A stretch of 51,546 nucleotides of DNA from Fidelibacterota bacterium (GTDB lineage: Bacteria; Fidelibacterota; Marinisomatia; Marinisomatales; UBA1611), in NCBI GenBank assembly GCA_029936885.1, contig JAPYRR010000003.1:1-51546 (forward strand). Direction: 5' to 3'. The notes under the pieces are model-generated. The model had not been told where the DNA came from. It did not search any database and was given only the letters and a program-made list of their open reading frames with translations. The position numbers and the translations under genes are program-made. Numbering within the stretch: position 1 is the first letter of the stretch; each line of letters opens with the position of its first letter. This document shows positions 10,735 through 20,923 of the stretch, piece after piece.

Positions 10735-12051
10735 CTATTCTTCTCCGCTTTCGTCAAAAAAATATTCATCATCCACAGTTACAAGTGTCCCGTGTTGGAG
10801 CTCCCGACTAATCGCTTTATAACTGCCAGTTACAATACTATCTCCTTCTAAAATTCCAGACTTTACTGCATAATGGGTATCACTATCTAAATCAACATCT
10901 ACAGGAGATACGACTGCGAATTTTTTTCCATCGGGTGCATTTTCTCCATCAAATTCATCTTTCAGAATAAAGACCACTTCAATCATTTTCTCTTTTTTCA
11001 AACCACGGCCCTTTCCAGAATTCTTCCTTGAGCCTTTGCCTTTCCGTTTTTTCTTGCCTTTTCCATTCTTTTTTTCATTCCGTTTCGCGTGACGTTTATA
11101 ATGTTCAGATCGAGCTGTTAAGGATTGAATTGGAATGGAAATAGCGTCTTTTTTAATCTCGGTAATTATATTAACGGTACTACTCATTCCGGGGCGAATA
11201 TTGCCCGGTGGATTTAACATTCTAACTTTTACTTTAAAATTAGTCACCTGTTCCTGGCTACCCAAATTCATGGATTTTGCAGTATGTGCTATCTCACTCA
11301 CCACACCATAAAAAACAGTGTCGGGGAATGCATCCACTTCCACTTCAGCTGTGTCACCTACCGTTACTGTAACAACGTCATTTTCATTCACATCCACTAA
11401 AACTTCCATGCGAGTCAAATCTGCAATGATCATCACAACGCCCGGATTAAACATACCTCCAATAGCCATTTCGCCCACTTCTTTTGTAAGACTCGTTACA
11501 ATACCATAGGCCGGCGCCAACAATTTTGTTTTTGATAATTCATCTTCACGGGAAAGTAAGGATGAAAGTGCTTGATCAACTTGACTGGATGCCAATTGAA
11601 AGGATGCTTCAATTTGTTCTAATTCCTGTTTCGAAATCAAATTTTGTTCGTACAAAGATTCCGTTCGTTCCTTCTGAGCTCTCACTTGTTTCAAATTAGC
11701 TTCAGCTGATTTCACTCCGGATAAAGTTTGATTATAAGCAGCACGATATTGTTTTTCGTCCAAGGATATAAGCAACTGACCCGGCTGGACCGCATCACCT
11801 TCTGCCACAGTTATAGAGGTAATCCAAGCCGTAATTGTGGATGATATTTGAACTTCTTCTTCCGGTTGAATTTTCCCATTTGCATTCACTTTATGGATAA
11901 TATCCCGACGAGAAACGACTTCTACTTGAACCGATAATTCGCCATCTTCAGATGAAGCACTCCACCAATATCCCATTCCGCCTAAAGTTATAATTAGTAA
12001 AGGGATCCATACTTTTTTCTGTTTTAGTTTTTTTAACATTCTTAACCTCAT
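10735..12051 (-). CDS. HlyD/MacA-family periplasmic adaptor (membrane fusion protein)
   Basis: 438 aa. N-terminal TM anchor, coiled-coil hairpin ([34 protein letters not shown]), lipoyl and beta-barrel segments. Contains an unusual Lys/Gly-rich insertion. Confidence 0.88.
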   Translation of the reverse strand: MRLRMLKKLKQKKVWIPLLIITLGGMGYWWSASSEDGELSVQVEVVSRRDIIHKVNANGKIQPEEEVQISSTITAWITSITVAEGDAVQPGQLLISLDEKQYRAAYNQTLSGVKSAEANLKQVRAQKERTESLYEQNLISKQELEQIEASFQLASSQVDQALSSLLSREDELSKTKLLAPAYGIVTSLTKEVGEMAIGGMFNPGVVMIIADLTRMEVLVDVNENDVVTVTVGDTAEVEVDAFPDTVFYGVVSEIAHTAKSMNLGSQEQVTNFKVKVRMLNPPGNIRPGMSSTVNIITEIKKDAISIPIQSLTARSEHYKRHAKRNEKKNGKGKKKRKGKGSRKNSGKGRGLKKEKMIEVVFILKDEFDGENAPDGKKFAVVSPVDVDLDSDTHYAVKSGILEGDSIVTGSYKAISRELQHGTLVTVDDEYFFDESGEE

Positions 12052-12199
12052 TTATTTCAAGCTTTTAGAACTAGCATATTTTTTTAAGAATTGAGAATGT
12101 GATCATAGATAAAACGTAAATATATAATGTTATGATATCTCTATTCATCATTTTTAGGGCACTTAATTCTGTTATTACTTATTGCACTCATTTTTGAAG

Positions 12200-13525
12200 T
12201 CAATTCTCTTCCGATTGATATTCAAGATCCAATGTTCCTAGCAATGCTTTTAAACCTGCTTCCTGCATGCGTGCTTCATGAATCGTATTAATAAGGGTTG
12301 AGTTGGAGCGAGTCAATGAAACTTGCGCATCCAACACTTCTAAAATATTTGCTGAGCCCAAACTATATCTTTCTCCAGCCAGTTTTAAATCTTCTTCTGC
12401 CGAGGCAACAATGGCTTGATTTAATGGAATAATCTCAGAATAATTCTTGATGGATTCGCGTATGAGTTCCGCCTGAACACGTAGATCATTTAAGAGCGTT
12501 ATATAGTCATACTCAGATTGTTGTTTGGATAATTTGGCTTGGTGTTGTTGAGTTGAAAGTGAATTCCCCGTGTAGATTGGGACACTTAAAGAAAAGTTGA
12601 TACCCAAACGCCAATCATCTTTGAGAGATTCCTTTAGTGCATCTGAATCTTTTCCATTTGCGGAATAACTCACAGATGAATTCACAGAAGGCATTCGCAT
12701 ACTTTTTGCCATTTTAAAGGATATTTCACCTAGATTAATCCGAGCCTGAGAAATAGAAAGAGCCGGATTTTGAGTCTTTAATAAATTCAAGACATCCTTA
12801 CTGGATGGAACAATGGGTGGCGACCAAGACGGTTCCACCGGTTCAATAGATTGACCAAAATCTTGCAGGCCCATATCATTAAATAAAACTCGCCTTGAAT
12901 TTTGCAAATTTGTTTTTCGAGTTAAAACTTCCACACGGGCTTGCCCTTTGGCAACTTGCGCTTTCAAAAGGTCTGTTTTTTTAACCACGCCTAAATCATA
13001 CTGTTTTTGGACCAATGAAACCTGCTGTTCCGACATTCCAAAATTTTGCTGAGCCACATCGTACAATTGCTCCGCTTGGAGTAATCCATAATACGATTTA
13101 ATTACATTTTGGATGACCTGAATTTTGATGGATCGCTGGCTCAGTTTGGCAATATCCAAATTAGACTTCGCCTGTTTCACTTGATTCCATGAGCGACCTC
13201 CATCAAAAATAGTTTGGTTAAGAGAAAGCCCTGCAGACATATTATCATAATAGCTGGACACAGTCGTATCCATGGAGAAAGTCTGATAATTAATTGAAAC
13301 ATTTTCAGTTTCTGGAAAATGAGATCGGCCCGCACTGGTAGATGCATTGAGTGATGGCAAGAGGCCACTGTAGGACCCCTTTACCCCTTTTTCTGCGGAG
13401 GCTACATTTAACTCGGCAGAGAGAAGCGTTTTCTTGCCACCCAATGCAATATCTATGCAATCGCCTAAATTGTATCCCTGACCAAAACTCAAGGATAGAC
13501 AAAAACAATAAATTAAAATTTTCAT
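12200..13525 (-). CDS. TolC-family outer membrane efflux protein
   Basis: About 441 aa from ATG 13525 (signal peptide MKILIYCFCLSLSFGQ). Two-repeat OEP pattern with long helical segments. Upstream of the adaptor/ABC genes. Confidence 0.85.
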   Translation of the reverse strand: MKILIYCFCLSLSFGQGYNLGDCIDIALGGKKTLLSAELNVASAEKGVKGSYSGLLPSLNASTSAGRSHFPETENVSINYQTFSMDTTVSSYYDNMSAGLSLNQTIFDGGRSWNQVKQAKSNLDIAKLSQRSIKIQVIQNVIKSYYGLLQAEQLYDVAQQNFGMSEQQVSLVQKQYDLGVVKKTDLLKAQVAKGQARVEVLTRKTNLQNSRRVLFNDMGLQDFGQSIEPVEPSWSPPIVPSSKDVLNLLKTQNPALSISQARINLGEISFKMAKSMRMPSVNSSVSYSANGKDSDALKESLKDDWRLGINFSLSVPIYTGNSLSTQQHQAKLSKQQSEYDYITLLNDLRVQAELIRESIKNYSEIIPLNQAIVASAEEDLKLAGERYSLGSANILEVLDAQVSLTRSNSTLINTIHEARMQEAGLKALLGTLDLEYQSEEN

Positions 13526-13568
13526 ATTCGTGGGTTTCTGTTTGACGCACAAAAGTATTAAAAGTTGC

Positions 13569-13784
13569 CTAATCATTTTCATATTCCAAAATATCGCCCG
13601 GCTGACAATCTAGTTCACGGCATATAGATTGAAGCGTATTAAACCGAAGTCCCTTGGCCTTTCCATTTTTCAAAATAGATAGGTTTGCCATAGTAATTCC
13701 AACTTTTTCAGCTAATTCTTTCAAAGACATTTTCCGCTTGGCCATCATTACATCCAAGTTAATTCTTATTTTATCACCATTCAT
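13569..13784 (-). CDS. Small XRE/Cro-C1 helix-turn-helix transcriptional regulator (YozG-like)
   Basis: 71 aa. MSLKELAEKVGITMANLSILKNGKAKGLRFNTLQSICRELDCQPGDILEY matches the short YozG/COG3655-type HTH proteins. Confidence 0.85.
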   Translation of the reverse strand: MNGDKIRINLDVMMAKRKMSLKELAEKVGITMANLSILKNGKAKGLRFNTLQSICRELDCQPGDILEYEND

Positions 13785-13969
13785 TAGATCATGAGTTCCT
13801 GTTCTATTTTCATTTCTCCACCCATTCGAAATGCTTCACTTATGACAATAATTACCATGGCTATCAACATAATAAACTGAAATGAAATATATCCAGTTAA
13901 AAGAAGAGTAACTCCCGTAAGAATCCAGTCAGTTATTTTAATAAAAGTTTGTTGTGATTTTTTGGGCAT
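13784..13969 (-). CDS. Small hydrophobic membrane protein, translationally coupled to the HTH gene (TAATG overlap)
   Basis: 61 aa. Hydrophobic segments WILTGVTLLLTGYISFQFIMLIAMVIIVISEAF. Its stop overlaps the ATG of the HTH gene by 1 nt. I recognise no family. Confidence 0.45.
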   Translation of the reverse strand: MPKKSQQTFIKITDWILTGVTLLLTGYISFQFIMLIAMVIIVISEAFRMGGEMKIEQELMI

Positions 13970-14024
13970 GAGCCGTATTCCTTTAATTTCAAGACCCGGA
14001 AATTATTATTGGTAATTCATCAAT

Positions 14025-14042
14025 ACAATAATTAATTATTGT
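14025..14042. promoter_or_regulatory. 18-bp perfect palindrome ACAATAATTAATTATTGT; candidate operator for the HTH regulator
   Basis: Read directly: 9+9 nt exact reverse complement. It lies 56 bp upstream of the ATG at 13969 and 12 bp downstream of the cca stop. Confidence 0.5.
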
Positions 14043-14053
14043 TTTACAATATA

Positions 14054-15478
14054 TTATAATGAAAAGGTATCTTTTATTTTCAACAAATATTTTTTTGCAT
14101 CATCAAAGGTGTTTTCAATGATTCCATCTAAAATGGCTTCTTCAATAGCTTCTTTTATTTTGCCAACATTTCTGCCCTCGGTTAATCCGCAAATTTCCAT
14201 AATATCATTTCCACGAATCGGAGATTGAAACGCCTTCAGGGCATCTCGGTTTACCACATTAGACATTTTTTCTTCTACTTTTTCAAAGTTCTTTAAATAC
14301 CGTTTTACGCGATTTGGATTTTTTGTAGTGATATCAGCCCTGCACAATATCATGAGGTCATCCAAATCATCTCCCGCAGAAACCATTAACCTGCGTACAG
14401 CTGAATCTGTGACAATTTCTTTTACCAATGCAATGGGACGTAAGTGCAAAAGTGTTAATTTTTTTAAATAGGCTTTTAAGGAATTTGATAACCTCATTCT
14501 AAGGGCTACTTTATCTAGCATTCTTTCACCAATGGCATCATGACCGTGAAATGTGTAGCCTCTCTTTTTGTCAATTCGTCTCGTGTTAGGTTTGGCAATG
14601 TCATGAACCAAAGCGGCAAACCGAATTTCCATTTTATCCGTCAATTTTGCCGCATTATCTACCACTTGAAGTGTGTGTGCAAAAATGTCTTTATGGTGCC
14701 ATTCCGATGTTTGCTCCATCCCATACATTACATGAATTTCTGGAAAAACTATTTCCATAAGTCCGGTTTTTTCCAAAATCACTAAACCAACAGATGGTTT
14801 TTTTGTTGCCAAAATTTTAATGAATTCGTCTCGAACGCGTTCCCACGACACAATATCAATTCGGGACGCTTGCCTCTTCATGGATGCACGACATTCATTT
14901 TCTATATCAAATTCCAGTTTAGATGCAAAATAAGCAGCTCGCATCATGCGCAATGGATCTTCAGAAAAAGTCTCATCCGGATCTAAAGGCGTGCGCAAAA
15001 TCTTTTTTTCAATATCGGCAATACCGCCAAATGGATCCGTTAGCTCGCCAAATGTCGTTGGACGAATATCCATTGCCATAGCATTTATAGTAAAATCACG
15101 ACGTAGAAGATCTCCCTTCAAATCAGTATAGTTTACTTTCGATGGTTTCCGGGAATCATCATTGTAAGATTCTGTTCGTGCAGTTGCCACTTCAATTTGA
15201 ATCTCTTTATTTGGAATCATAGCCGTTCCAAATTTCTTAAACGGGACAATAGTTTTTACTCCCAATTCATCAGCTAGTTTTCGAGCAAATTTAATGCCAT
15301 CTCCGACTGTCATTAAATCAATATCATTTAGTGGATTACCCATAATGATATCGCGAACAAACCCACCTACGACATAAACCTCTATCCCTTCCTGATAACC
15401 CAGTTCACCTGCGGCCTTAAGAATTGATAAAACATGGGCGTTTTTACTATCATTTAATAATTTATTTAAATTCAACAT
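14054..15478 (-). CDS. cca: CCA-adding tRNA nucleotidyltransferase / poly(A) polymerase family with HD domain
   Basis: 474 aa. Nucleotidyltransferase motif GGFVRD...DIDL, and a C-terminal HD domain (FAALVHDIAKP). Confidence 0.85.
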   Translation of the reverse strand: MLNLNKLLNDSKNAHVLSILKAAGELGYQEGIEVYVVGGFVRDIIMGNPLNDIDLMTVGDGIKFARKLADELGVKTIVPFKKFGTAMIPNKEIQIEVATARTESYNDDSRKPSKVNYTDLKGDLLRRDFTINAMAMDIRPTTFGELTDPFGGIADIEKKILRTPLDPDETFSEDPLRMMRAAYFASKLEFDIENECRASMKRQASRIDIVSWERVRDEFIKILATKKPSVGLVILEKTGLMEIVFPEIHVMYGMEQTSEWHHKDIFAHTLQVVDNAAKLTDKMEIRFAALVHDIAKPNTRRIDKKRGYTFHGHDAIGERMLDKVALRMRLSNSLKAYLKKLTLLHLRPIALVKEIVTDSAVRRLMVSAGDDLDDLMILCRADITTKNPNRVKRYLKNFEKVEEKMSNVVNRDALKAFQSPIRGNDIMEICGLTEGRNVGKIKEAIEEAILDGIIENTFDDAKKYLLKIKDTFSL

Positions 15479-15575
15479 ATGTCGAAATTACCGTGATTCG
15501 TTTGCATTCAACAGACTCAAGAAAGGGCCTTTTTATTTTCTTGAATACCAAACTTACTCTCATCAACTTTCGGGT

Positions 15576-16424
15576 ATGGGAAAAAGAAAATCACTCCTTT
15601 TTGCATTAACTTTCTTTAGTTCATCCTTATTGGCTCAATTTGGTTCCGTAGAAGTGAATTTCGAGACTAGGTTACTACGAAGCGAGGAAAAGCAGGATAT
15701 TATAAATCTGAAGAATGGTATTATTCGGTTTTTTACAACGACAACTTGGGATGAATCTTATAGCGACTTAACTATCCCTGTCCATATCCAAATTATATTT
15801 GAAGGGGTAACGATAAAAGGGAATGAAAAGATATTTAATTGTCAGGCACTATTTTCTAATGGTGCAGATATTCGGTTTTTTGATAAAAGTGTTCAGTTTT
15901 ATTATAATTCTGGAACCAGTTTATATTATGATCCCGTCCTTTTTGAACCCCTTTCCGGATTTCTTGCCTTCTATGCTAATTTAATTTTAGCCGGAGAAAT
16001 TGATACATACGAATTTAATGGCGGAAATTATGCCTATGAAATGGCTCGTGATATTGCACTTCGTGGATCTGCTTCAGATTATAAAAAAGGATGGAGTTCA
16101 AGAATAAAACTTGTGGATGACTTGAATCGAAATATTGGTTTAAGAAAATCACGATTGGCTTGGTACATCGCAATGGATCTACTTAAGGATGGGGATATTG
16201 AAAGAGCTCTCGAAGAAATAAATTCTATGATGGATGGAATTGAGCAGTCTTTTCAGGATCTTGGGAGAGATAACCATACACAATTTTTTTTAAAAGTGCA
16301 TTCCGAAACAATCGCAAGAACATTGGCCATGTTGGGTCAGGTAGAATTGCTTAAAGATATGAAAGAGTTAGATCCCGATCGACGAGATCTCTATCAAGAC
16401 GCCTTAGACTCCAGATCTAAATAA
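15576..16424 (+). CDS. DUF4835/PorD-like protein (tentative)
   Basis: 282 aa with a signal peptide (LLFALTFFSSSLLAQ). The N-terminal pattern VEVNFETRLLRSEEKQDIINLKNGIIRFFTTTTWDE resembles DUF4835 proteins of Bacteroidota as I remember them; not verified. Confidence 0.4.
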   Translation: MGKRKSLLFALTFFSSSLLAQFGSVEVNFETRLLRSEEKQDIINLKNGIIRFFTTTTWDESYSDLTIPVHIQIIFEGVTIKGNEKIFNCQALFSNGADIRFFDKSVQFYYNSGTSLYYDPVLFEPLSGFLAFYANLILAGEIDTYEFNGGNYAYEMARDIALRGSASDYKKGWSSRIKLVDDLNRNIGLRKSRLAWYIAMDLLKDGDIERALEEINSMMDGIEQSFQDLGRDNHTQFFLKVHSETIARTLAMLGQVELLKDMKELDPDRRDLYQDALDSRSK

Positions 16425-17443
16425 GTCTTTTTCCTTCCTAAATAATGGGCTAGAACCACAGAAGTTTTAGTCAACATTTCCATAATTTTTTTGTCATCAA
16501 CTTTTCGAATCTTTTTAAATCGAGAACGTTTTTTCATTATTGTGATTGGATGAATCAGAATCCAACCCAATGATCTAATAATTCCTGTCATATGGTTCCA
16601 ATCCATTTTTACAATAGAATACCCTAATGCAATAAATTCTAACATGATTCGAATAAATCCGATGTAAAATGCAACCGGGACTGAATAATTTCCAAACAAC
16701 ATTAAAAGTGAATTCCGATGATTCAGATAATATTTACGATGGGTGTGCACTGGGAGTGATACAGCATTTTTATGATAAATAATTGATTCTGGTTCTGCCC
16801 AAATCTGATAACCCATTGCATGGAAACGCCAACAAAGATCAATTTCTTCCATATGGGCAAAAAATGTTTCATCAAATTTCCCCGCGGTAATAAATAGGTC
16901 TTTTTGAACCATCATGGCTGTACCTGAAGCCCAAAAACATTTTTGTGCTTTATTATATTGACCAGAATCTTCTTCCCGATTTAAAAAGATTCTGCCTCGT
17001 GCAAATGGGAAACAAAATAAATCCATATACCCACCTGCCCCACCTGCATAATCGAATATTTTCCGATTGTAATAATTAAGAATCTTCGGTTGAATTGCCG
17101 CAATTGACTCATTGCTCTTCATTCGATCTATTAACGGCCCTAGCCAATTTGGGTCTTGAATTGTATCATTATTTAAAAAAATAAGATATTTCCCTTTTGC
17201 AACTTCAGCCCCACGATTACACCCACCGGCATACCCATAATTTTGATCATTTTCTAATAGAATTACGTCGGGATGATTTTTTCTAATCCAATCCTGGCTT
17301 CCATCACTCGACGCATTATCAGAAACAATTATTTCAAAAGAGTCATAAGATGTTTGTTTAAGAGAATCCAGACATTCGGATAAAACATCAATCCCATTCC
17401 AATGGGGAATTATTATAGAAACGATGTGAATTGAATCGGCCAT
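16394..17443 (-). CDS. Glycosyltransferase family 2
   Basis: 349 aa. GT-A motifs VSIIIPHWNG, DNASSDGS, LNNDT. Hydrophobic C-terminal third. Confidence 0.88.
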   Translation of the reverse strand: MADSIHIVSIIIPHWNGIDVLSECLDSLKQTSYDSFEIIVSDNASSDGSQDWIRKNHPDVILLENDQNYGYAGGCNRGAEVAKGKYLIFLNNDTIQDPNWLGPLIDRMKSNESIAAIQPKILNYYNRKIFDYAGGAGGYMDLFCFPFARGRIFLNREEDSGQYNKAQKCFWASGTAMMVQKDLFITAGKFDETFFAHMEEIDLCWRFHAMGYQIWAEPESIIYHKNAVSLPVHTHRKYYLNHRNSLLMLFGNYSVPVAFYIGFIRIMLEFIALGYSIVKMDWNHMTGIIRSLGWILIHPITIMKKRSRFKKIRKVDDKKIMEMLTKTSVVLAHYLGRKKTYLDLESKAS

Positions 17444-17458
17444 TTCGACCTTGGGAAC

Positions 17459-20407
17459 TTATCCGTCTGAGCGAATTTCGTTTAAAATTTTCTTCGCGTT
17501 TTTATCAGATGGGTTTCGATCGACCCAATCTGAAAGAATAATTTCAGCATCCATCAATCGATTAGTTTTTCGATACATATATACTAAAGATGATACTATT
17601 TCTGGATAAGATTTTTGCCAACGATTCCATTCACTTTTTGTAATGGTGTTCCGTCCAAAAGCCTGAGCTTTAACCATACCCTCCAGTTGAAGAAATTGGA
17701 TCATCATTTTTTCAAGTATATCAATTGCAGTGGTTGGATCATCTAATTCCTTATAAATCGAGTTTGCGTATTCTACCCGATTTGATGGACGGCTATTTTT
17801 TCGACTGATTAGTTTATCCATTATATTTTTCATGGATTCTTTTTCACCCAAATCACCATAAATTCGTGCAACTTGGTAATGAAGATCTTCAGACTGAATA
17901 GGGATCGTCTCGTCGGGTATATTTTTATCCATTTTATTCAATGTTTCAATAACTTTATTTCGTAGATCAGCAAGCTTATTTTCATCTTTGTTTTTCTTTT
18001 TCTTGCCTTCCCGCTGATAGTCCATATAATAAAACACTGCCAATTGCATGTAACCACTTCTATAATTTTGGAGCAATCGTTTTGTCTGTTTATTTAAGAA
18101 AACATCTTTATTGCCAAGATTTCTAAACATATATCCCGGTTGATAATCTCTGGACCAATTCAAATAATCCACGTCCTTTGGATTATTGAAATCTGCATGA
18201 TCAAATTCTGTTGACCATACATTTGGCCCTACATCTGTCATAAGATTATCATACATCCTATCCACATCAATTGGATCAGTTTTATGACTCTTTAATTGAA
18301 AAGTGAGCCCCTGCATATCCAAATACTGATCTAGTCCAATCCTGTTATTTTGTGATACTGTAACAGCAAAATAGATTGGAACTCTCCAGGCTGAATCTTT
18401 AATAATTCGAAGGATCATCATATCTTGTACTCGCAAAGCTCTACCGCCATAGGTTGGTTTTAATTCCCATTCTATATACCCGTCTTCATTTTCGGGATCA
18501 CCAAAAACCGGTACTTGAATTTTTTGTTTTTTCCATTCCGTTAAACGAGAGGTATACTTATCAATTTGAGCATCTGTTAAATTAATGAACCGAGTTTCTT
18601 TTGGTCGATTATCCCGCTGTTGTTTTATGTACCAAGGTGTATTCAATAAACTCAAATTCACCACGGCCACATCGGTCCTAACCTTTTCAACTTCCTGTAG
18701 ATACCAGAGCGGAAACGTATCATTATCACCATTGGTGAAGATCACACCATTCGGTTCGCATGATTGCAAAATATTATAACTGTAATCCCAGGCGACATAA
18801 TTACCAGAACGATCATGAGAATGATAATTGGCATTTGCCATCACAACAGGAATAAAGATAATCTGTAAGATGATTACCATTGAAACTAATTTTTTACTCA
18901 CCTCTTTATCTTTAATGTATTCTATAATTTTTTCACTAATCGCAGCTGCACCAATACCAACCCAAATTGCAAAAGCAAAGAAACTACCCACATAAGAATA
19001 ATCCCTTTCTCTCGGTTGTGGATCATCCTGATTTAAATATAAAATAATAGCATATCCTGTCATTATAAAAAGTGACATGACTGAAAATGCCATTCGTTCG
19101 TCTCGATAAGCGTGATAGAACATTCCAATGAGCCCTAAAATAAATGCAAGAGGAAGGCCAAATTGTGTCCAATCGACCCCATCTTCTCTAGAACTTGCAC
19201 CCAAGGCAGTTACCGACGGATTATTAGACGGACCTCGCCCTGCAAATTGCCAGAGAAAGTATCTGTTATACATTTTACGAATCTGATAATCCCAAAAAAA
19301 TGTCCATTGTTTTCCAGTCTCATATTTTTTATACTTTTGCTCCTGTGATGAAGAGAATTTCCGACCGGGAGCTTCTGGATATCCAACAACTTCATGAATG
19401 GGTGGTATCCCTTTAAATCGTCTAGGAAACATACCAACATCTCCATACTGCTCGCGTTCGAGATAAGAGATAAATGCTTCTACCGTTTCTGGATCATTCT
19501 CATCAATACTGGGATTTTGATTAGATCGAATGAAAATAAGGGCATAAGTAGAATATCCGATCAAAACCAAAACCATAGAAGTCAGCGCAACCGACGCTAA
19601 TTTTTTCCGATTATTAATGGCCCAAACCATTCCACCAAACACAGCTATAATAAGTCCAGCAGTCGCGCCAATTCCAATGGATGAAGCGATTTTAGGAAGC
19701 CCTTTAATGATCACATTATGAATAATGAAAAAGATGACACCGGTTATACCTACTGTAATCCCAAATGATTTCCATTCAAATTTATATTTCCGAAAATAAA
19801 TAATGAGGGCTACAAAAGGTAGCGTTAGGAGATTTAATAAATGAAGCCCCGTGGCCAGCCCAATCATATATGCAATAATTAAAATGTATCGTTCATGGCC
19901 TTTTTCATCTGCTCGCTCACTCCAATGTAAAATAAGCCAAACCACAATGGCGGTAAAGAACGTACTAAATGCATACACCTCAGCTTCCACTGCATTAAAC
20001 CAATGACTGTCTGTAAATGCAAATGCCAATGATCCTACAATTGCACCTCCAAATGCAACCAATGCATCATGGGATGTTTCCAATTTCCCACGCCAGTGAA
20101 CCACCACCTGGACAATGATCAAATAAAGAAACATAATTGCCAAGGCACTTGTTAATGGAGATAAAAGATTGACCCGAAAAGCGACATCATCACTGAATGG
20201 AAGCATGGAAGCCACTCGACCAATCAAAAGGAAAAATGGGCTTCCGGGGGGATGAGGAACACCTAAAGTATGAGCTACCGCAATGAATTCCCCGCAATCC
20301 CAATAAGAGACTGTGGGCGCCATGGTATCAAAATAAACAATAAAAGAAATTAGGAACATGACGCCAGCCAAAATCCTGTTCAGACGAATATAATCAGTAT
20401 CAATCAC
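17459..20407 (-). CDS. DUF2723 / TMEM260-like GT-C membrane glycosyltransferase with a helical-repeat C-terminal domain
   Basis: 982 aa. Many TM helices in the first ~560 aa. YWDCGEFIAVAHTLGVPHPPGSPFF near the N-terminus is the DUF2723 hallmark. Soluble C-terminal ~400 aa. Confidence 0.72.
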   Translation of the reverse strand: MIDTDYIRLNRILAGVMFLISFIVYFDTMAPTVSYWDCGEFIAVAHTLGVPHPPGSPFFLLIGRVASMLPFSDDVAFRVNLLSPLTSALAIMFLYLIIVQVVVHWRGKLETSHDALVAFGGAIVGSLAFAFTDSHWFNAVEAEVYAFSTFFTAIVVWLILHWSERADEKGHERYILIIAYMIGLATGLHLLNLLTLPFVALIIYFRKYKFEWKSFGITVGITGVIFFIIHNVIIKGLPKIASSIGIGATAGLIIAVFGGMVWAINNRKKLASVALTSMVLVLIGYSTYALIFIRSNQNPSIDENDPETVEAFISYLEREQYGDVGMFPRRFKGIPPIHEVVGYPEAPGRKFSSSQEQKYKKYETGKQWTFFWDYQIRKMYNRYFLWQFAGRGPSNNPSVTALGASSREDGVDWTQFGLPLAFILGLIGMFYHAYRDERMAFSVMSLFIMTGYAIILYLNQDDPQPRERDYSYVGSFFAFAIWVGIGAAAISEKIIEYIKDKEVSKKLVSMVIILQIIFIPVVMANANYHSHDRSGNYVAWDYSYNILQSCEPNGVIFTNGDNDTFPLWYLQEVEKVRTDVAVVNLSLLNTPWYIKQQRDNRPKETRFINLTDAQIDKYTSRLTEWKKQKIQVPVFGDPENEDGYIEWELKPTYGGRALRVQDMMILRIIKDSAWRVPIYFAVTVSQNNRIGLDQYLDMQGLTFQLKSHKTDPIDVDRMYDNLMTDVGPNVWSTEFDHADFNNPKDVDYLNWSRDYQPGYMFRNLGNKDVFLNKQTKRLLQNYRSGYMQLAVFYYMDYQREGKKKKNKDENKLADLRNKVIETLNKMDKNIPDETIPIQSEDLHYQVARIYGDLGEKESMKNIMDKLISRKNSRPSNRVEYANSIYKELDDPTTAIDILEKMMIQFLQLEGMVKAQAFGRNTITKSEWNRWQKSYPEIVSSLVYMYRKTNRLMDAEIILSDWVDRNPSDKNAKKILNEIRSDG

Positions 20408-20410
20408 AGG

Positions 20411-20770
20411 CTACTTTTCTTCTCCTGAATTATTTTCAGAAACATAGTTATTTTCATCAGTTTTATTAGAGTCAGATCCATTTTTTTTATCAATTGTATT
20501 CGGTTTTTTCTTTTCTTCAATGAAATTAATTTTGAGTTCACTAACTGTATTGATTAACATTTGTTCCTCATATTCAGACAGATTCCCTTTTGTTTTTGTC
20601 TGCATCATGTCCAAAAGATCTATGTAAAAAGATGCTTGATCAAGATTCCTATCAATCTTATCTGTCATAGGATTTTTCATTTTCCCCATAGCAATCCAGG
20701 CACTAGACTGGAATGTACCTATGAGATACATAAATGATTGTTCATCTTTGGTTCTGATTTCTTGAGACAA
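20411..20770 (-). CDS. DUF1844 domain protein
   Basis: 119 aa. FQSSAWIAMGKMKNP...ASFYIDLLDMMQTKTKGNLSEYEEQML matches the DUF1844 pattern. Low-complexity acidic/Asn tail. Confidence 0.7.
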   Translation of the reverse strand: MSQEIRTKDEQSFMYLIGTFQSSAWIAMGKMKNPMTDKIDRNLDQASFYIDLLDMMQTKTKGNLSEYEEQMLINTVSELKINFIEEKKKPNTIDKKNGSDSNKTDENNYVSENNSGEEK

Positions 20771-20923
20771 GGTCTTTCCTAAAAAGTTATTTTAATTCAA
20801 TATAAAGCCGAGGAATTTAGTCCCGCAAATAGCGAGACCAAACGAGGAATCATAATCTTTGGATTAGTTAATTGAGAACATTAATGGGTTTGATTCTTTG
20901 ATGATAGGTAAAAAATATTTCAA

